Origin: a virus | Taxonomy: Duplodnaviria; Heunggongvirae; Uroviricota; Caudoviricetes | Virus record (IMG/VR): IMGVR_UViG_3300028048_001412 | Coordinates: 237,858-284,018 of that record | DNA length: 46,161 bases | Direction: 5' to 3' (one strand) | Shown here: piece by piece, positions 20,223 to 29,306 of the stretch | Position numbering within the stretch: position 1 is the first letter of the stretch | Layout of the letters: each line of letters starts with the position of its first letter | Position numbers and translations under genes: made by a program | The notes under the pieces: model-generated | Database searches by the model: none | Told to the model about the DNA's origin: nothing | Seen by the model: only the letters and a program-made list of their open reading frames with translations

Positions 20223-21343
20223 TTTATATCTACTCTTGATTTATAATCTATTTCGAATTTATATTTATCTTTTATTTTTCTTGGTAAATAAAATACAGTT
20301 ACTAAATTACCATATGATGTTCCGCTATCTTTTTTAATTTTTATAGGTAATTCTGGATTTAAAGGCTCTAAATTATAAATTGTAATCTCTGATAAATCAC
20401 CTGAAGAATTTATTTTATATTCTATCTCATTACATTTTAAATGCATTATCATATATTTTTTAAATGCAGGGCCCGATTCTAATTGTAATCTATTTGTTTT
20501 TATATCACCGTAAATATCGTAATAATTATGAGTTCCGTGATTATCAACTCTATAACATAAATCTTCGCATTCTATATTTACTCCAGAAGAACTATGATTA
20601 TCCTGTTGATGTATATATACATATTTTCCTTTTAATATTAATGGTTTTTCATGCCCAATATAGTCTATAATTCCTGTTAATACTAAATTTTTGGACTCTA
20701 TATATAATTCTTCATACTCATTGAAATAGATATCAGTTAAATCAATATTATTATTTCCTATTATTTTTTTAGCATTAAGAATTATTTTCTTATTATGAGT
20801 CTCTGAATTATCAATTGAAAAATCATCAAAAATCCAAGTATTATGATTTATTATCAAATCTTTTTTAGAATGTTTATTTTTAATTAGTACATATTTTAAG
20901 TTTTTTAAATTTAATGTTCCTTCAAAATCATTGAATATAACTTTATCCCAAGCATAAAAATCAGATAAAACATTTATTTCTGAATTTGAGTTTTGATTTT
21001 GACAAATATGTAATTCTTCTTCATATCCTATCTCATTTTTCACAAGAGATATATCATTACTCATTTGTAATTTATATTCTACTTTTTTTCTATTAATTTG
21101 TCTATAACTACATTTATATAAATTTAAGAATTCTTTTTGGCATACTTCTGCAACTAAACCATCTTGACTAAATTCATAGTGTAAATATCTATTGCTTAAA
21201 CCATCTCTTTGAAAATTCCATTTCTTTAATGGATAATTAGATTCAATTACATTTTTTAAAGAAGGATTATTCTTTAAATAAGGTATTAAATTACTAATTG
21301 ATACTGTTCCTTGTGGAGTTCTTAATTTTATACTTTCTTTCAT
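20213..21343 (-). CDS. Paralog family member 7
   Basis: NYPLKK, FEGTLNLKNL, FYLPRK, ends DIKWV. Confidence 0.7.
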   Translation of the reverse strand: MKESIKLRTPQGTVSISNLIPYLKNNPSLKNVIESNYPLKKWNFQRDGLSNRYLHYEFSQDGLVAEVCQKEFLNLYKCSYRQINRKKVEYKLQMSNDISLVKNEIGYEEELHICQNQNSNSEINVLSDFYAWDKVIFNDFEGTLNLKNLKYVLIKNKHSKKDLIINHNTWIFDDFSIDNSETHNKKIILNAKKIIGNNNIDLTDIYFNEYEELYIESKNLVLTGIIDYIGHEKPLILKGKYVYIHQQDNHSSSGVNIECEDLCYRVDNHGTHNYYDIYGDIKTNRLQLESGPAFKKYMIMHLKCNEIEYKINSSGDLSEITIYNLEPLNPELPIKIKKDSGTSYGNLVTVFYLPRKIKDKYKFEIDYKSRVDIKWV

Positions 21344-21361
21344 ATTAAATAATACTTTTCT

Positions 21362-22519
21362 TTAAAATAGATTGATGTCAATATCTTTTAATTTACGACA
21401 TTTTACTAAATCATTTGCATTTATTTTATCATGGTCTGAAAATACATTTATCATATTGTGATTATTTTTATCATGTGCAACAATAATATCTATTTTTTCA
21501 TTTGTTTCACAAGACTTCAAATTCTTAAATATTATATTTACTTCTCCATCATAAAGTCCTATATCCACACTTATTTTTTCAACTTCCACGTCTTCAAATA
21601 TTATAGTATGTCCATATTTTTCATATCCACCACTTACATTTATATCTAATTTTTCAGTCTTTATTTTGTAAATATATGTTTCTCCAGTAGTTCTTTTATC
21701 ATTAACAACCACTCTTTTTGCATTTACATCTATATCTAATATATTACTAGATCTTCCTAATATAACGTCACCTGCATCATTTTCTATATATAAAGGACTA
21801 TTTTTAGATCTTCCATATGAACAAATATAAGCATCTGATAAATCCATTATTCCATTACCCATTAGCATTTTAATATTATCCGAAACAAAAAGTCCTAATT
21901 TAAATTTAGTAACGGTAAAATTATTAAATGAATTTACATATATATTATCTGTATGTAAATATGAATTATATTTAGTAGAATTCATTTCAACTATAAATTT
22001 ATGAAAATGCCAATTATCATGTTTTATATTAACTGGAAGTCTCTTTTCTGAAGAATTAAAATTCATTTCTTTATTTTCAATGATTATATTATCAAAGTTT
22101 CTTAAATTAATATCACCCCAACATTCTTTAAGAATAATATCTTTAATCCACAAATCATTAATATAAACTGGAAAAATAACATCTTGTTGATTATTTATAG
22201 TTAATACATTATCTTCTTCATTATAATCATATATTTTAGTTAGATATTTAAATAGTTGTTCATGATAAGGAGTTTCAGGATCTATATCCTCATTTATATA
22301 AAATTGATGTATAATATCTCTATTAGTACAAATTATATTATATATAAAGTCAATATGGTCAATAAATTTTTTCTTTTTATTAGGTTTAGTAGGAAATAAA
22401 AATCTTGATATTCCTTCTCTATAATATTCATAACCTTCTGCTTCTATAAGATCATCATCTTCTCTAATATGATAATATTCTATTTTAGGTTTTTTATCTT
22501 CATAAGAAATATAATTCAT
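21362..22519 (-). CDS. Paralog family member 8
   Basis: FLFPTK, LFKYL, CWGDINLRNF, ends DIDINLF. Confidence 0.7.
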   Translation of the reverse strand: MNYISYEDKKPKIEYYHIREDDDLIEAEGYEYYREGISRFLFPTKPNKKKKFIDHIDFIYNIICTNRDIIHQFYINEDIDPETPYHEQLFKYLTKIYDYNEEDNVLTINNQQDVIFPVYINDLWIKDIILKECWGDINLRNFDNIIIENKEMNFNSSEKRLPVNIKHDNWHFHKFIVEMNSTKYNSYLHTDNIYVNSFNNFTVTKFKLGLFVSDNIKMLMGNGIMDLSDAYICSYGRSKNSPLYIENDAGDVILGRSSNILDIDVNAKRVVVNDKRTTGETYIYKIKTEKLDINVSGGYEKYGHTIIFEDVEVEKISVDIGLYDGEVNIIFKNLKSCETNEKIDIIVAHDKNNHNMINVFSDHDKINANDLVKCRKLKDIDINLF

Positions 22520-22729
22520 TAATCTTGACTACTTTTCAATTCTTTTAATAATTCTCTTTCATATATCTTATCATAATAATATTCATTTACTAATCTTTTA
22601 GTTCTTACATCTGAAATATTATGTTCTATAAATAAATTCTCTGAAGTATTTATTGCTTCTTTCTTAATCTTTTTCAATTGCAATCCAGTCATTTCCTATC
22701 AAGCTCCTTTTCTATATTAATTTTAAGAA

Positions 22730-22966
22730 TTACTTATTTTGACTTCTATATTGATTGATAAGTAAATCAGCAACATATTCCATTAATTCAATAGTATCTA
22801 TTCTATTACTTATTTTTCTAATAGAATCTGGTAAATATATAGGTTCTCCTGTCAATAAATATTCACCTAATTGAATTTTCGGATCTTCAGGTCTTTTAAG
22901 TAATTCTGAAATAATATAATTTAGAGCTTCTTTAGCATCTAATTTTACATTATTTACGTTCTCCAT
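22730..22966 (-). CDS. IreB/ReoM (DUF965)-like small protein
   Basis: ALNYIISELLKRPEDPKIQLGEYLLTGEPIYL...NRIDTIELMEY parallels the IreB/ReoM pattern (L..VY.AL.EKGY.PINQIVGYLLSGDPAYI...R.ERDEL.EE); GGAGG RBS. Confidence 0.65.
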   Translation of the reverse strand: MENVNNVKLDAKEALNYIISELLKRPEDPKIQLGEYLLTGEPIYLPDSIRKISNRIDTIELMEYVADLLINQYRSQNK

Positions 22967-23003
22967 GTAAAATTTCCTCCGAAATTAAATTTCTCAATAA
23001 TTA

Positions 23004-23032
23004 ATTATAAGATATTTGTAAACTTATAACAA
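23004..23032 (-). promoter_or_regulatory. Sigma-A/70-type promoter
   Basis: Minus strand TTGTTA, 17-nt spacer, TATAAT, upstream of the IreB-like gene and paralogs 8 to 1. Confidence 0.6.
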
Positions 23033-23041
23033 TAAATTATC

Positions 23042-23191
23042 TTATGAATTTTTCTGTCTCTTTTCAATATTATTAAAGAATTCATCCCATAATTCATCTT
23101 CTTTTTTCAAATCATCTTGACAATTATTACAAAAATTAATATTGGGATCAGGATTTTCCATTTCTTTTCCACATCTTTGACATTTCTTCAT
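23042..23191 (-). CDS. Small zinc-ribbon protein (49 aa)
   Basis: MKKCQRCGKEMENPDPNINFCNNC...; GAGGT RBS. Confidence 0.55.
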   Translation of the reverse strand: MKKCQRCGKEMENPDPNINFCNNCQDDLKKEDELWDEFFNNIEKRQKNS

Positions 23192-23443
23192 AAAATTACC
23201 TCTTTTTAGTAGTATTTTTAGTAAATCTCCCCTTTAAATTATGTAAAGACCATCCAAAATGAAAGAAAGGTTTAGTTAATATAATAGGATATTCTTTAGC
23301 AATTTCTTCATAAGGATTTTGATTTTTCTTCTTTAACATTTTTATCACCTCTATATTTAAATTAATTTTGAGTCTTTATATCTAAAGTAAATTTATATGA
23401 ATTTGCTTGAGAAAACCATTAATTCTTTAGACTAATAGATGAA

Positions 23444-24721
23444 TCAAGCTATTTTCTTTTCTAAAATTATACTTTTTCTGCTTTGTATTCTTTTTAAATT
23501 TTCTAATTTTACTGTTTTCTTTCCTTTCGGCATATTGCTAAAATCTATTTTGTTTCCTTCTATATCCATTAAGATTGCATATCCTGAACTCATTCTGCCT
23601 TTAATGAAATATTCTTTACCTAAATATTTTACCTTATCAAACTTTCTTAATCCTTGTATTTTTTCTATGGGTATTTTAATTTCACCTCTTACACCTTTTG
23701 TTAATTGATAATCTCCTTTAGATACACTTTTCTTTTGATATAGATAACTTTTGATTTGTATTTGTTTTCCATTTGAAGCTATTACACAAGCATCTAAATT
23801 ATGATCTTTTGAAATATTTAAAGCTAATCTATTTGCTTTTGTTATATAACCGCTTGTTTCTATACGATTGGGATAATGTTTTCTTAATTGAGAACTTATT
23901 ACATTCATTTGTGTTGCATGGCTTAATGTTCTTTTTACTAGTCCTTTTAATCCATAAGTTGGACATATTCCTGTTTTTCTTTCTTCTTTGTGTATTTTAT
24001 CGTGACAAGTTTTGCATAAAGTAATTAAATTATTTTGTGTATCTGCTCCATGATTATGTCTTGGAATTATATGATGAACTTCTAATTTTGAATCCTTATG
24101 CTTTCCTTTGCATAATTGGCAAGTATGATTATCTCTATATAAAACATATTCGTGAGTGTTTTGATAACCGTAATTAATTCCTTTTTGATAACCCCAAGAA
24201 GTAATATTTGGATTTTGCATTTTAGCCATATCAAATTTTGTAGTTTCTAAAATCAGATTGGTAATCGGAAGAATAGATTTAATATATTCAATTTCTTTAA
24301 TATGACTTTGTATTTTTGATTTAACTGTAGGATTTAATCTATCTTTTTTAATACTATTATGTCTATTTAAAAATCTTGCTTGTCTATATCTTAATTTATT
24401 TCTTCTAAATCTTCTATGTCCTTTTCTTTCTTCCATTTTCTTATGTATATCATTTCTTACTTCTACTTTTGATATATAAAAGATGTTTCCATTATTATCA
24501 CTTACTGCTGTTCCTATTGTTCCAGAACCTAAATCTACTCCTAAACTTAATTCTTGAGTATATTTTGTAGATTCATATAAAAGTTTTATTGTAAATGGTT
24601 CTTTTCTTTTTACTTTTGCTTTACCTGCTTTTAATAATAACCTAGCAATTACTGGTTCGCAAGGCATTAATGGTGTTCCATCTTGAGCAATTACGTAAAC
24701 TTTTTTAGTATTTGTTTGCAT
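23444..24721 (-). CDS. iscB: RNA-guided endonuclease IscB
   Basis: Start MQTNTKKVYV after AAGGAG; PLMP motif, RuvC-I LGVDLGS, bridge helix RRFRRNKLRYRQARF, RuvC-II ILETTKFD, HNH CQLC..EVHHII..NNLITLCKTCH, RuvC-III HNLDACVIA. Confidence 0.95.
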   Translation of the reverse strand: MQTNTKKVYVIAQDGTPLMPCEPVIARLLLKAGKAKVKRKEPFTIKLLYESTKYTQELSLGVDLGSGTIGTAVSDNNGNIFYISKVEVRNDIHKKMEERKGHRRFRRNKLRYRQARFLNRHNSIKKDRLNPTVKSKIQSHIKEIEYIKSILPITNLILETTKFDMAKMQNPNITSWGYQKGINYGYQNTHEYVLYRDNHTCQLCKGKHKDSKLEVHHIIPRHNHGADTQNNLITLCKTCHDKIHKEERKTGICPTYGLKGLVKRTLSHATQMNVISSQLRKHYPNRIETSGYITKANRLALNISKDHNLDACVIASNGKQIQIKSYLYQKKSVSKGDYQLTKGVRGEIKIPIEKIQGLRKFDKVKYLGKEYFIKGRMSSGYAILMDIEGNKIDFSNMPKGKKTVKLENLKRIQSRKSIILEKKIA

Positions 24722-24739
24722 TTTTAAACTCCTTTTAAA

Positions 24740-25056
24740 GTTATAAACTAGAAAATTAAATTTCAATTTTCCGTGATGCCTATCAATATTCTATTACCAA
24801 ATATTGAATTAGACTTCCTTTCGACAATGATAAATAAGCTTTTTAAGATTAATACACAAGGCTTAATTTTGACCTTCCAACACCTAACTTAATATTAATC
24901 GATAGTTTTAATGTTAAATGATTAGTAATTAGCAATAATCTAAGGTGACAATTATTGGTATCTTGACTTATCTATCGTAGGAAAAATTTCTTAATCCTTA
25001 GTCTTGTGAACTATTTACTTGGAAGCCTTTGAATCTTTAGTCCAAAGGTGGTTCAC
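24740..25056 (-). ncRNA. omegaRNA (HEARO-like) scaffold
   Basis: ~300 nt 5' of iscB with a GTGAAC/GTTCAC stem, AGACTAAG, CTACG and CATTGTCGAAAGG segments typical of HEARO/omegaRNA; the 3' end is approximate. Confidence 0.8.
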
Positions 25057-26235
25057 TTTGATATTATTTATTAAATCATCATTTCTTTTTCCTATTTTTA
25101 CAACTCCTACTTTATTGATAGGAACATTTATTCCGAAAATCGCTTCACTCTCACAAACATTAATCAAAACACTTTTATCAGGAACATATAAATTATCTAT
25201 TATTAAATTTGTATTTTTATTTATTCCTATTATAAATTGATCTTCATTTATACACCAACATTCTTTTATATGGATTGTTGAATTTTCTTCACAATATATG
25301 CTTAATCCTTCTTGAGAAGAAACTTTATCTATATTTATATTGTTATGTCTTGAATTATATATTTCATTATATCCGTGATGGCAATGAAATTCACAATTTT
25401 TAAACTTATTTTTTTCATTTATTCTTAATAATAATTGTTTATAACAACTAAATTTAGAATTTTCTCCGAATATTATATTGTCCAAAATTAAAGATTCTTT
25501 TTCTATTTTAGAATTTCTTACTTCGGAATCTATAATTGACATGTGAGATTTTCTATAATTAAATAAAAGCTCAGAATCGTATAATTGACAGTTATTTATC
25601 TCTAAATTATTTACTATTATTTTTGCATTTATTTTTAAAGGCATTAACCAATTATTTCGAAAACAAGATATTCTTAAATTCTTAAAAGTATTATTTTCAT
25701 ATAAAATTAAACCTGATTTATCTTCCGCCATGATTTCTATAGATTTATCGGCCCATATTTTAGAAGGATCAAATTCAATTCTAGATTCTCCGCTCCCAAT
25801 CATTATATTAATGTTTTCTTTAATTAAATCAAAGAAATAATGTAAATCTTTAGTATCAACTATATTTAATTTATCTTTATTTTTATTATTTGCAATATTA
25901 TTATATTGACAATAACTTGCTGAAAACCAATTTTCATCTTCTGGAATTAAAGCCCAAGGATTCATAGAATTATCAAATAAATTATAAACAGGAATATCTT
26001 TTTTATCCAATAATGTATTTATTTTAATTCTTAATAACTTATAAAAAACGTCAAAATAAGAACTTAAAGGATAATTATTTTCACATGAATCTGTAATATT
26101 AGCTCTCGTTATTCCTTTAGATTTTCCTTTTATAGCTCTAAATCTAAATGGATATACTAATTTTTCATCTTCCCAGTATATTTTTCCAGGAAAAAGTTTA
26201 CTAAATTTTACATTTTTTACATCTAATATTGCCAT
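25015..26235 (-). CDS. Paralog family member 9 (last 13 aa derive from the IscB element end)
   Basis: LVYPFRF, FYKLL, INIDKV, IIDNL; codons from 25056 (VNHLWTKDSKASK*) are omegaRNA sequence. Confidence 0.7.
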   Translation of the reverse strand: MAILDVKNVKFSKLFPGKIYWEDEKLVYPFRFRAIKGKSKGITRANITDSCENNYPLSSYFDVFYKLLRIKINTLLDKKDIPVYNLFDNSMNPWALIPEDENWFSASYCQYNNIANNKNKDKLNIVDTKDLHYFFDLIKENINIMIGSGESRIEFDPSKIWADKSIEIMAEDKSGLILYENNTFKNLRISCFRNNWLMPLKINAKIIVNNLEINNCQLYDSELLFNYRKSHMSIIDSEVRNSKIEKESLILDNIIFGENSKFSCYKQLLLRINEKNKFKNCEFHCHHGYNEIYNSRHNNINIDKVSSQEGLSIYCEENSTIHIKECWCINEDQFIIGINKNTNLIIDNLYVPDKSVLINVCESEAIFGINVPINKVGVVKIGKRNDDLINNIKVNHLWTKDSKASK

Positions 26236-26250
26236 TTATAATTTTTTACC

Positions 26251-26439
26251 TTATTTTGGTAATTCTATATCAGTTCTGTAATATTTCCAACCATCTGATT
26301 CACAATAATCAATAAATCTTTCAACTTCTCTATCAATCATATGTGAACCAAATGCATTTAAATAATCTTTAAATTGAGATTCTCTCACATGTTTTCTTTC
26401 ACAAACGTCTTTAATTGTTTTATCTAAATCAAAACTCAT
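26251..26439 (-). CDS. Hypothetical protein
   Basis: AGGAG RBS; 62 aa. Confidence 0.6.
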   Translation of the reverse strand: MSFDLDKTIKDVCERKHVRESQFKDYLNAFGSHMIDREVERFIDYCESDGWKYYRTDIELPK

Positions 26440-26457
26440 ATCAAATTCTCCTGAAAT

Positions 26458-26628
26458 TTATTTTGCAAAAACATCATCGAAATTCCTACATTTATCAAGT
26501 TCTACTTTTTTACCAGCATCATATTCAGTAACTAATCCGCATTCAAATCTATTAGAACAAATATCACAATTTTCTCTATAATATTGTTCTTTAGTTTTTA
26601 CTTGATCTTTTGTACTCTTAATTTCCAT
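26458..26628 (-). CDS. Small Cys-containing protein (56 aa)
   Basis: MEIKSTKDQ...CDICSNRFEC; fills the gap, with AAGGAG upstream. Confidence 0.5.
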   Translation of the reverse strand: MEIKSTKDQVKTKEQYYRENCDICSNRFECGLVTEYDAGKKVELDKCRNFDDVFAK

Positions 26629-26629
26629 A

Positions 26630-26884
26630 TTAATTATATATCTCCTTGTAATTTTTTATACATTGTTTTGGCAATGATAATCTGTAATATACTAAATTTA
26701 TAAAATTTTTAGGTTTATTATGAAATTCTTTACTTTCTAAAAAACCATCTATTTCTACATTTAATGATTTAGCATATTCTTTTAATTCATCATAGCCTCT
26801 TTCTTTAGTTAATTCTGAATATATTTTATATCCAGTAATTCCAGATATAATACCTATTCCTAAATAAATTAATTTGTTTACCAT
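26630..26884 (-). CDS. Small protein with N-terminal membrane anchor
   Basis: LIYLGIGIISGITGYKIY. Confidence 0.55.
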   Translation of the reverse strand: MVNKLIYLGIGIISGITGYKIYSELTKERGYDELKEYAKSLNVEIDGFLESKEFHNKPKNFINLVYYRLSLPKQCIKNYKEIYN

Positions 26885-28131
26885 TCTGAAACTATCCCCT
26901 CTCTATTTTTCATAAAGAACCAAGGAGTATCTTCTACTATTTTGATTCTTTTATTTACATCTTCACTACTAGTTATTCTATAATCTTCATATAATTTATT
27001 TTTATTATCTTCTTTGCATATAACTACGTTATCTATTATTGGCCCTTTATAGTTTTCTATATATAACTCTACACCTTTATTTCCTAAATTTTCATAAAAT
27101 CCTATACTTGATCTAGAATCCTTAATAATTAAATTCTTTATATAAACTCTTAATTTATATAATGGATTTTTATTTGCAAAATATAAACTAGTATTCTGAC
27201 CTTCTAATTTAATATTTCCTAATTTCATATTAACATATCTGTAATTTACACCATCATCTTTTTTAGGTCTATCACAATCACTAATGAATTCCAATTTAAA
27301 AACTAAATTTTTACCCTCTATTTTACTAGAAGCCATTTTAATTGAACTAGACATACAACACTCTAAAGTATTTGTAATTAAATGGGTTCTAATCATACTA
27401 GTTATCCATAAATGAGAATCATCTCCCTTCAAAGTACTATTTTCTATTGCTCCCATATTAGTATTTAATATTGAAAATTCATTTATATTACTATTTTTTA
27501 TTAAAACATAAGATGCATTTACACTTTTAATTTTATTATTGAAATTATTTATCATGATGTCGTTATCTCTTGGATATTTATCATTTCCAATTAATGCTAA
27601 ATTATAATTACCTATACTTTCATCATTTATATTAACTTTATATCCTCCTGGAGTTCCTGTATGAATTTTAAAATCTATATTATTCATATCATAATTTTTA
27701 GGCAAATTTATTTTAGTATGTGCATAAACATGAAATTCAAATTCATCTAATATAGGCCATATACTTCCATAATCTAAAATATCAATATCTTTTTTTCTCG
27801 AATGATCTTCTATTATTGAAGACTGATATACTTTAAATCCTTTATCTCCTCTTGATATCATGCCTTCTCCCCATAATTTTCTTTTATCTGTTATTGAATT
27901 AAAAGGTTCTTTTAATTGAGGATAATCTTGAAGAAATCTAGTACTTATAACTTCTTTTAATTTTTTATAATAAGAACTTCTTCTGTTAGTTAAATTTTCA
28001 TCTGAAAATACAAGTTCTCTTATATTTAAATCAGAACTATTATCTAATTTAAAGTCTCCGTCTTTTGCAGGAAATCTATATATTTTATTTTCAATTGTAG
28101 TTGAACTTACACTATAAAAATTATCTTTCAT
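26878..28131 (-). CDS. Paralog family member 10
   Basis: YRFPAK, YYKKL, VYIKNL, YIENYKGP. Confidence 0.65.
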   Translation of the reverse strand: MKDNFYSVSSTTIENKIYRFPAKDGDFKLDNSSDLNIRELVFSDENLTNRRSSYYKKLKEVISTRFLQDYPQLKEPFNSITDKRKLWGEGMISRGDKGFKVYQSSIIEDHSRKKDIDILDYGSIWPILDEFEFHVYAHTKINLPKNYDMNNIDFKIHTGTPGGYKVNINDESIGNYNLALIGNDKYPRDNDIMINNFNNKIKSVNASYVLIKNSNINEFSILNTNMGAIENSTLKGDDSHLWITSMIRTHLITNTLECCMSSSIKMASSKIEGKNLVFKLEFISDCDRPKKDDGVNYRYVNMKLGNIKLEGQNTSLYFANKNPLYKLRVYIKNLIIKDSRSSIGFYENLGNKGVELYIENYKGPIIDNVVICKEDNKNKLYEDYRITSSEDVNKRIKIVEDTPWFFMKNREGIVSEW

Positions 28132-28139
28132 TTTTAATC

Positions 28140-29306
28140 CTAATTATTACCATTAATGTTAATTATTTTTATTTTCTTTCCTCTAGTGCGGGCTTCTATA
28201 TTAAATCTATATGAACTAGGGTATCTAATAGTCCATGTGTTCTTAAAGCGTGAATCTTGTTTTAATTCGTTTATAATAATATGAATCTCAGAATCAAAAA
28301 GAGCTGATTTTTTAAATTCAAACACGCCAAAATCATCGGAATAATCGAGAGTATCTATAGTTATGAATATTTTTTTATTTCTAAAATATTTTTTATCAGC
28401 TCTTACTTCAAAATATTTACATTTTAATTCATCAATATGAAATCTAAAATTTTCTATATTTTTAGAATATTTTGAATCATATTTTATTGAATAAAAAAAG
28501 TTTCTACATTTTACTTTTCCTAACGTATGAATAAAAGTATATTGAGTATAATCTAAATTAGTGCATTCAAAATTATTATTATCTCCACATAATTCTACAA
28601 TTTCTACATCTTTTCCTGTTATATTTCCATTTTTTATTTTAGAATAATGTATTTGTAAATCTTTATTACAGTTTAATTTTAAATTATCTATATCAACTAG
28701 GGTCATTATGGTCCTATCACAATTAATAATAATAAAATCAGGCTCAAATATTACTTTTCTATAATTATATAATCCTTCTCTTCTATTTATATTTAAATAT
28801 TTTAATTCTACTTCTTTTTTATCTTTGGGAAATTCAATAGTTAAAGGATGAATTTCTTCATTGGGATTAGAAATTTTATCAGATATAAATATAGTTTTTT
28901 GATTTTTTGCTATAATATGATTTGCATTTTCTATTCCTACTGATATTAAATCTGCTTTATTTTCATCTTTAGGAACAATTTGAGAAATATTTGAAAATTC
29001 TACAATATCAAAATCTTTTATAAGATCATTTTCTATTCTATATTCTGTGAAAAACTTATTATTTTCAAATTTATTAAGAGTTTCTATATATTTATCAATA
29101 TTGTCGAAATATTCTTTATAAAAAAGCATAAATTCATGAGAATTATATTTCAACTTCAATTTGGATGTTAAAATATAATCTTTTTTATTATTTTTAAATA
29201 AAGATGTTTCTGGAAATTTAAAATCATAATCCCATGTATCATTTAAAGCGGAATTTTCATCTTCTTTAACTATTTTTTTAAGTTTTGAATCATATCTGAA
29301 AAACAT
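28140..29306 (-). CDS. Paralog family member 11
   Basis: MFFRYD start, FKFPET, FHIDEL, IIINEL. Confidence 0.65.
   Translation of the reverse strand: MFFRYDSKLKKIVKEDENSALNDTWDYDFKFPETSLFKNNKKDYILTSKLKLKYNSHEFMLFYKEYFDNIDKYIETLNKFENNKFFTEYRIENDLIKDFDIVEFSNISQIVPKDENKADLISVGIENANHIIAKNQKTIFISDKISNPNEEIHPLTIEFPKDKKEVELKYLNINRREGLYNYRKVIFEPDFIIINCDRTIMTLVDIDNLKLNCNKDLQIHYSKIKNGNITGKDVEIVELCGDNNNFECTNLDYTQYTFIHTLGKVKCRNFFYSIKYDSKYSKNIENFRFHIDELKCKYFEVRADKKYFRNKKIFITIDTLDYSDDFGVFEFKKSALFDSEIHIIINELKQDSRFKNTWTIRYPSSYRFNIEARTRGKKIKIININGNN

Larger units (their letters stand above)
23397..25056 (-). mobile_element. Non-autonomous IS200/IS605-family IscB (OMEGA) element
   Basis: Both ends carry CTAAAG-loop hairpins (5' GTGAACCACCTTTGGACTAAAGATTCAAAGG; 3' TTCATCTATTAGTCTAAAGAATTAATGGTTTTCTC). 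It contains omegaRNA and iscB but no tnpA. Joining the flanks restores the host ORF in frame. Confidence 0.85.

Noticed and set aside
22519-22692. Two tiny minus-strand ORFs (about 36 and 22 aa)
   Set aside because: They are plausibly coupled but too short and featureless to support.
23444-24721. Cas9 or an autonomous IS with TnpA
   Set aside because: It is only ~425 aa with a PLMP domain and no REC lobe or CRISPR array, and there is no HUH transposase in the window.
24722-24766. IscB start at 24766 as given in the ORF track
   Set aside because: The ATG at 24721 has an AAGGAG RBS and directly precedes the VYV..PLMP N-terminus; the extension lies in the omegaRNA/leader region.
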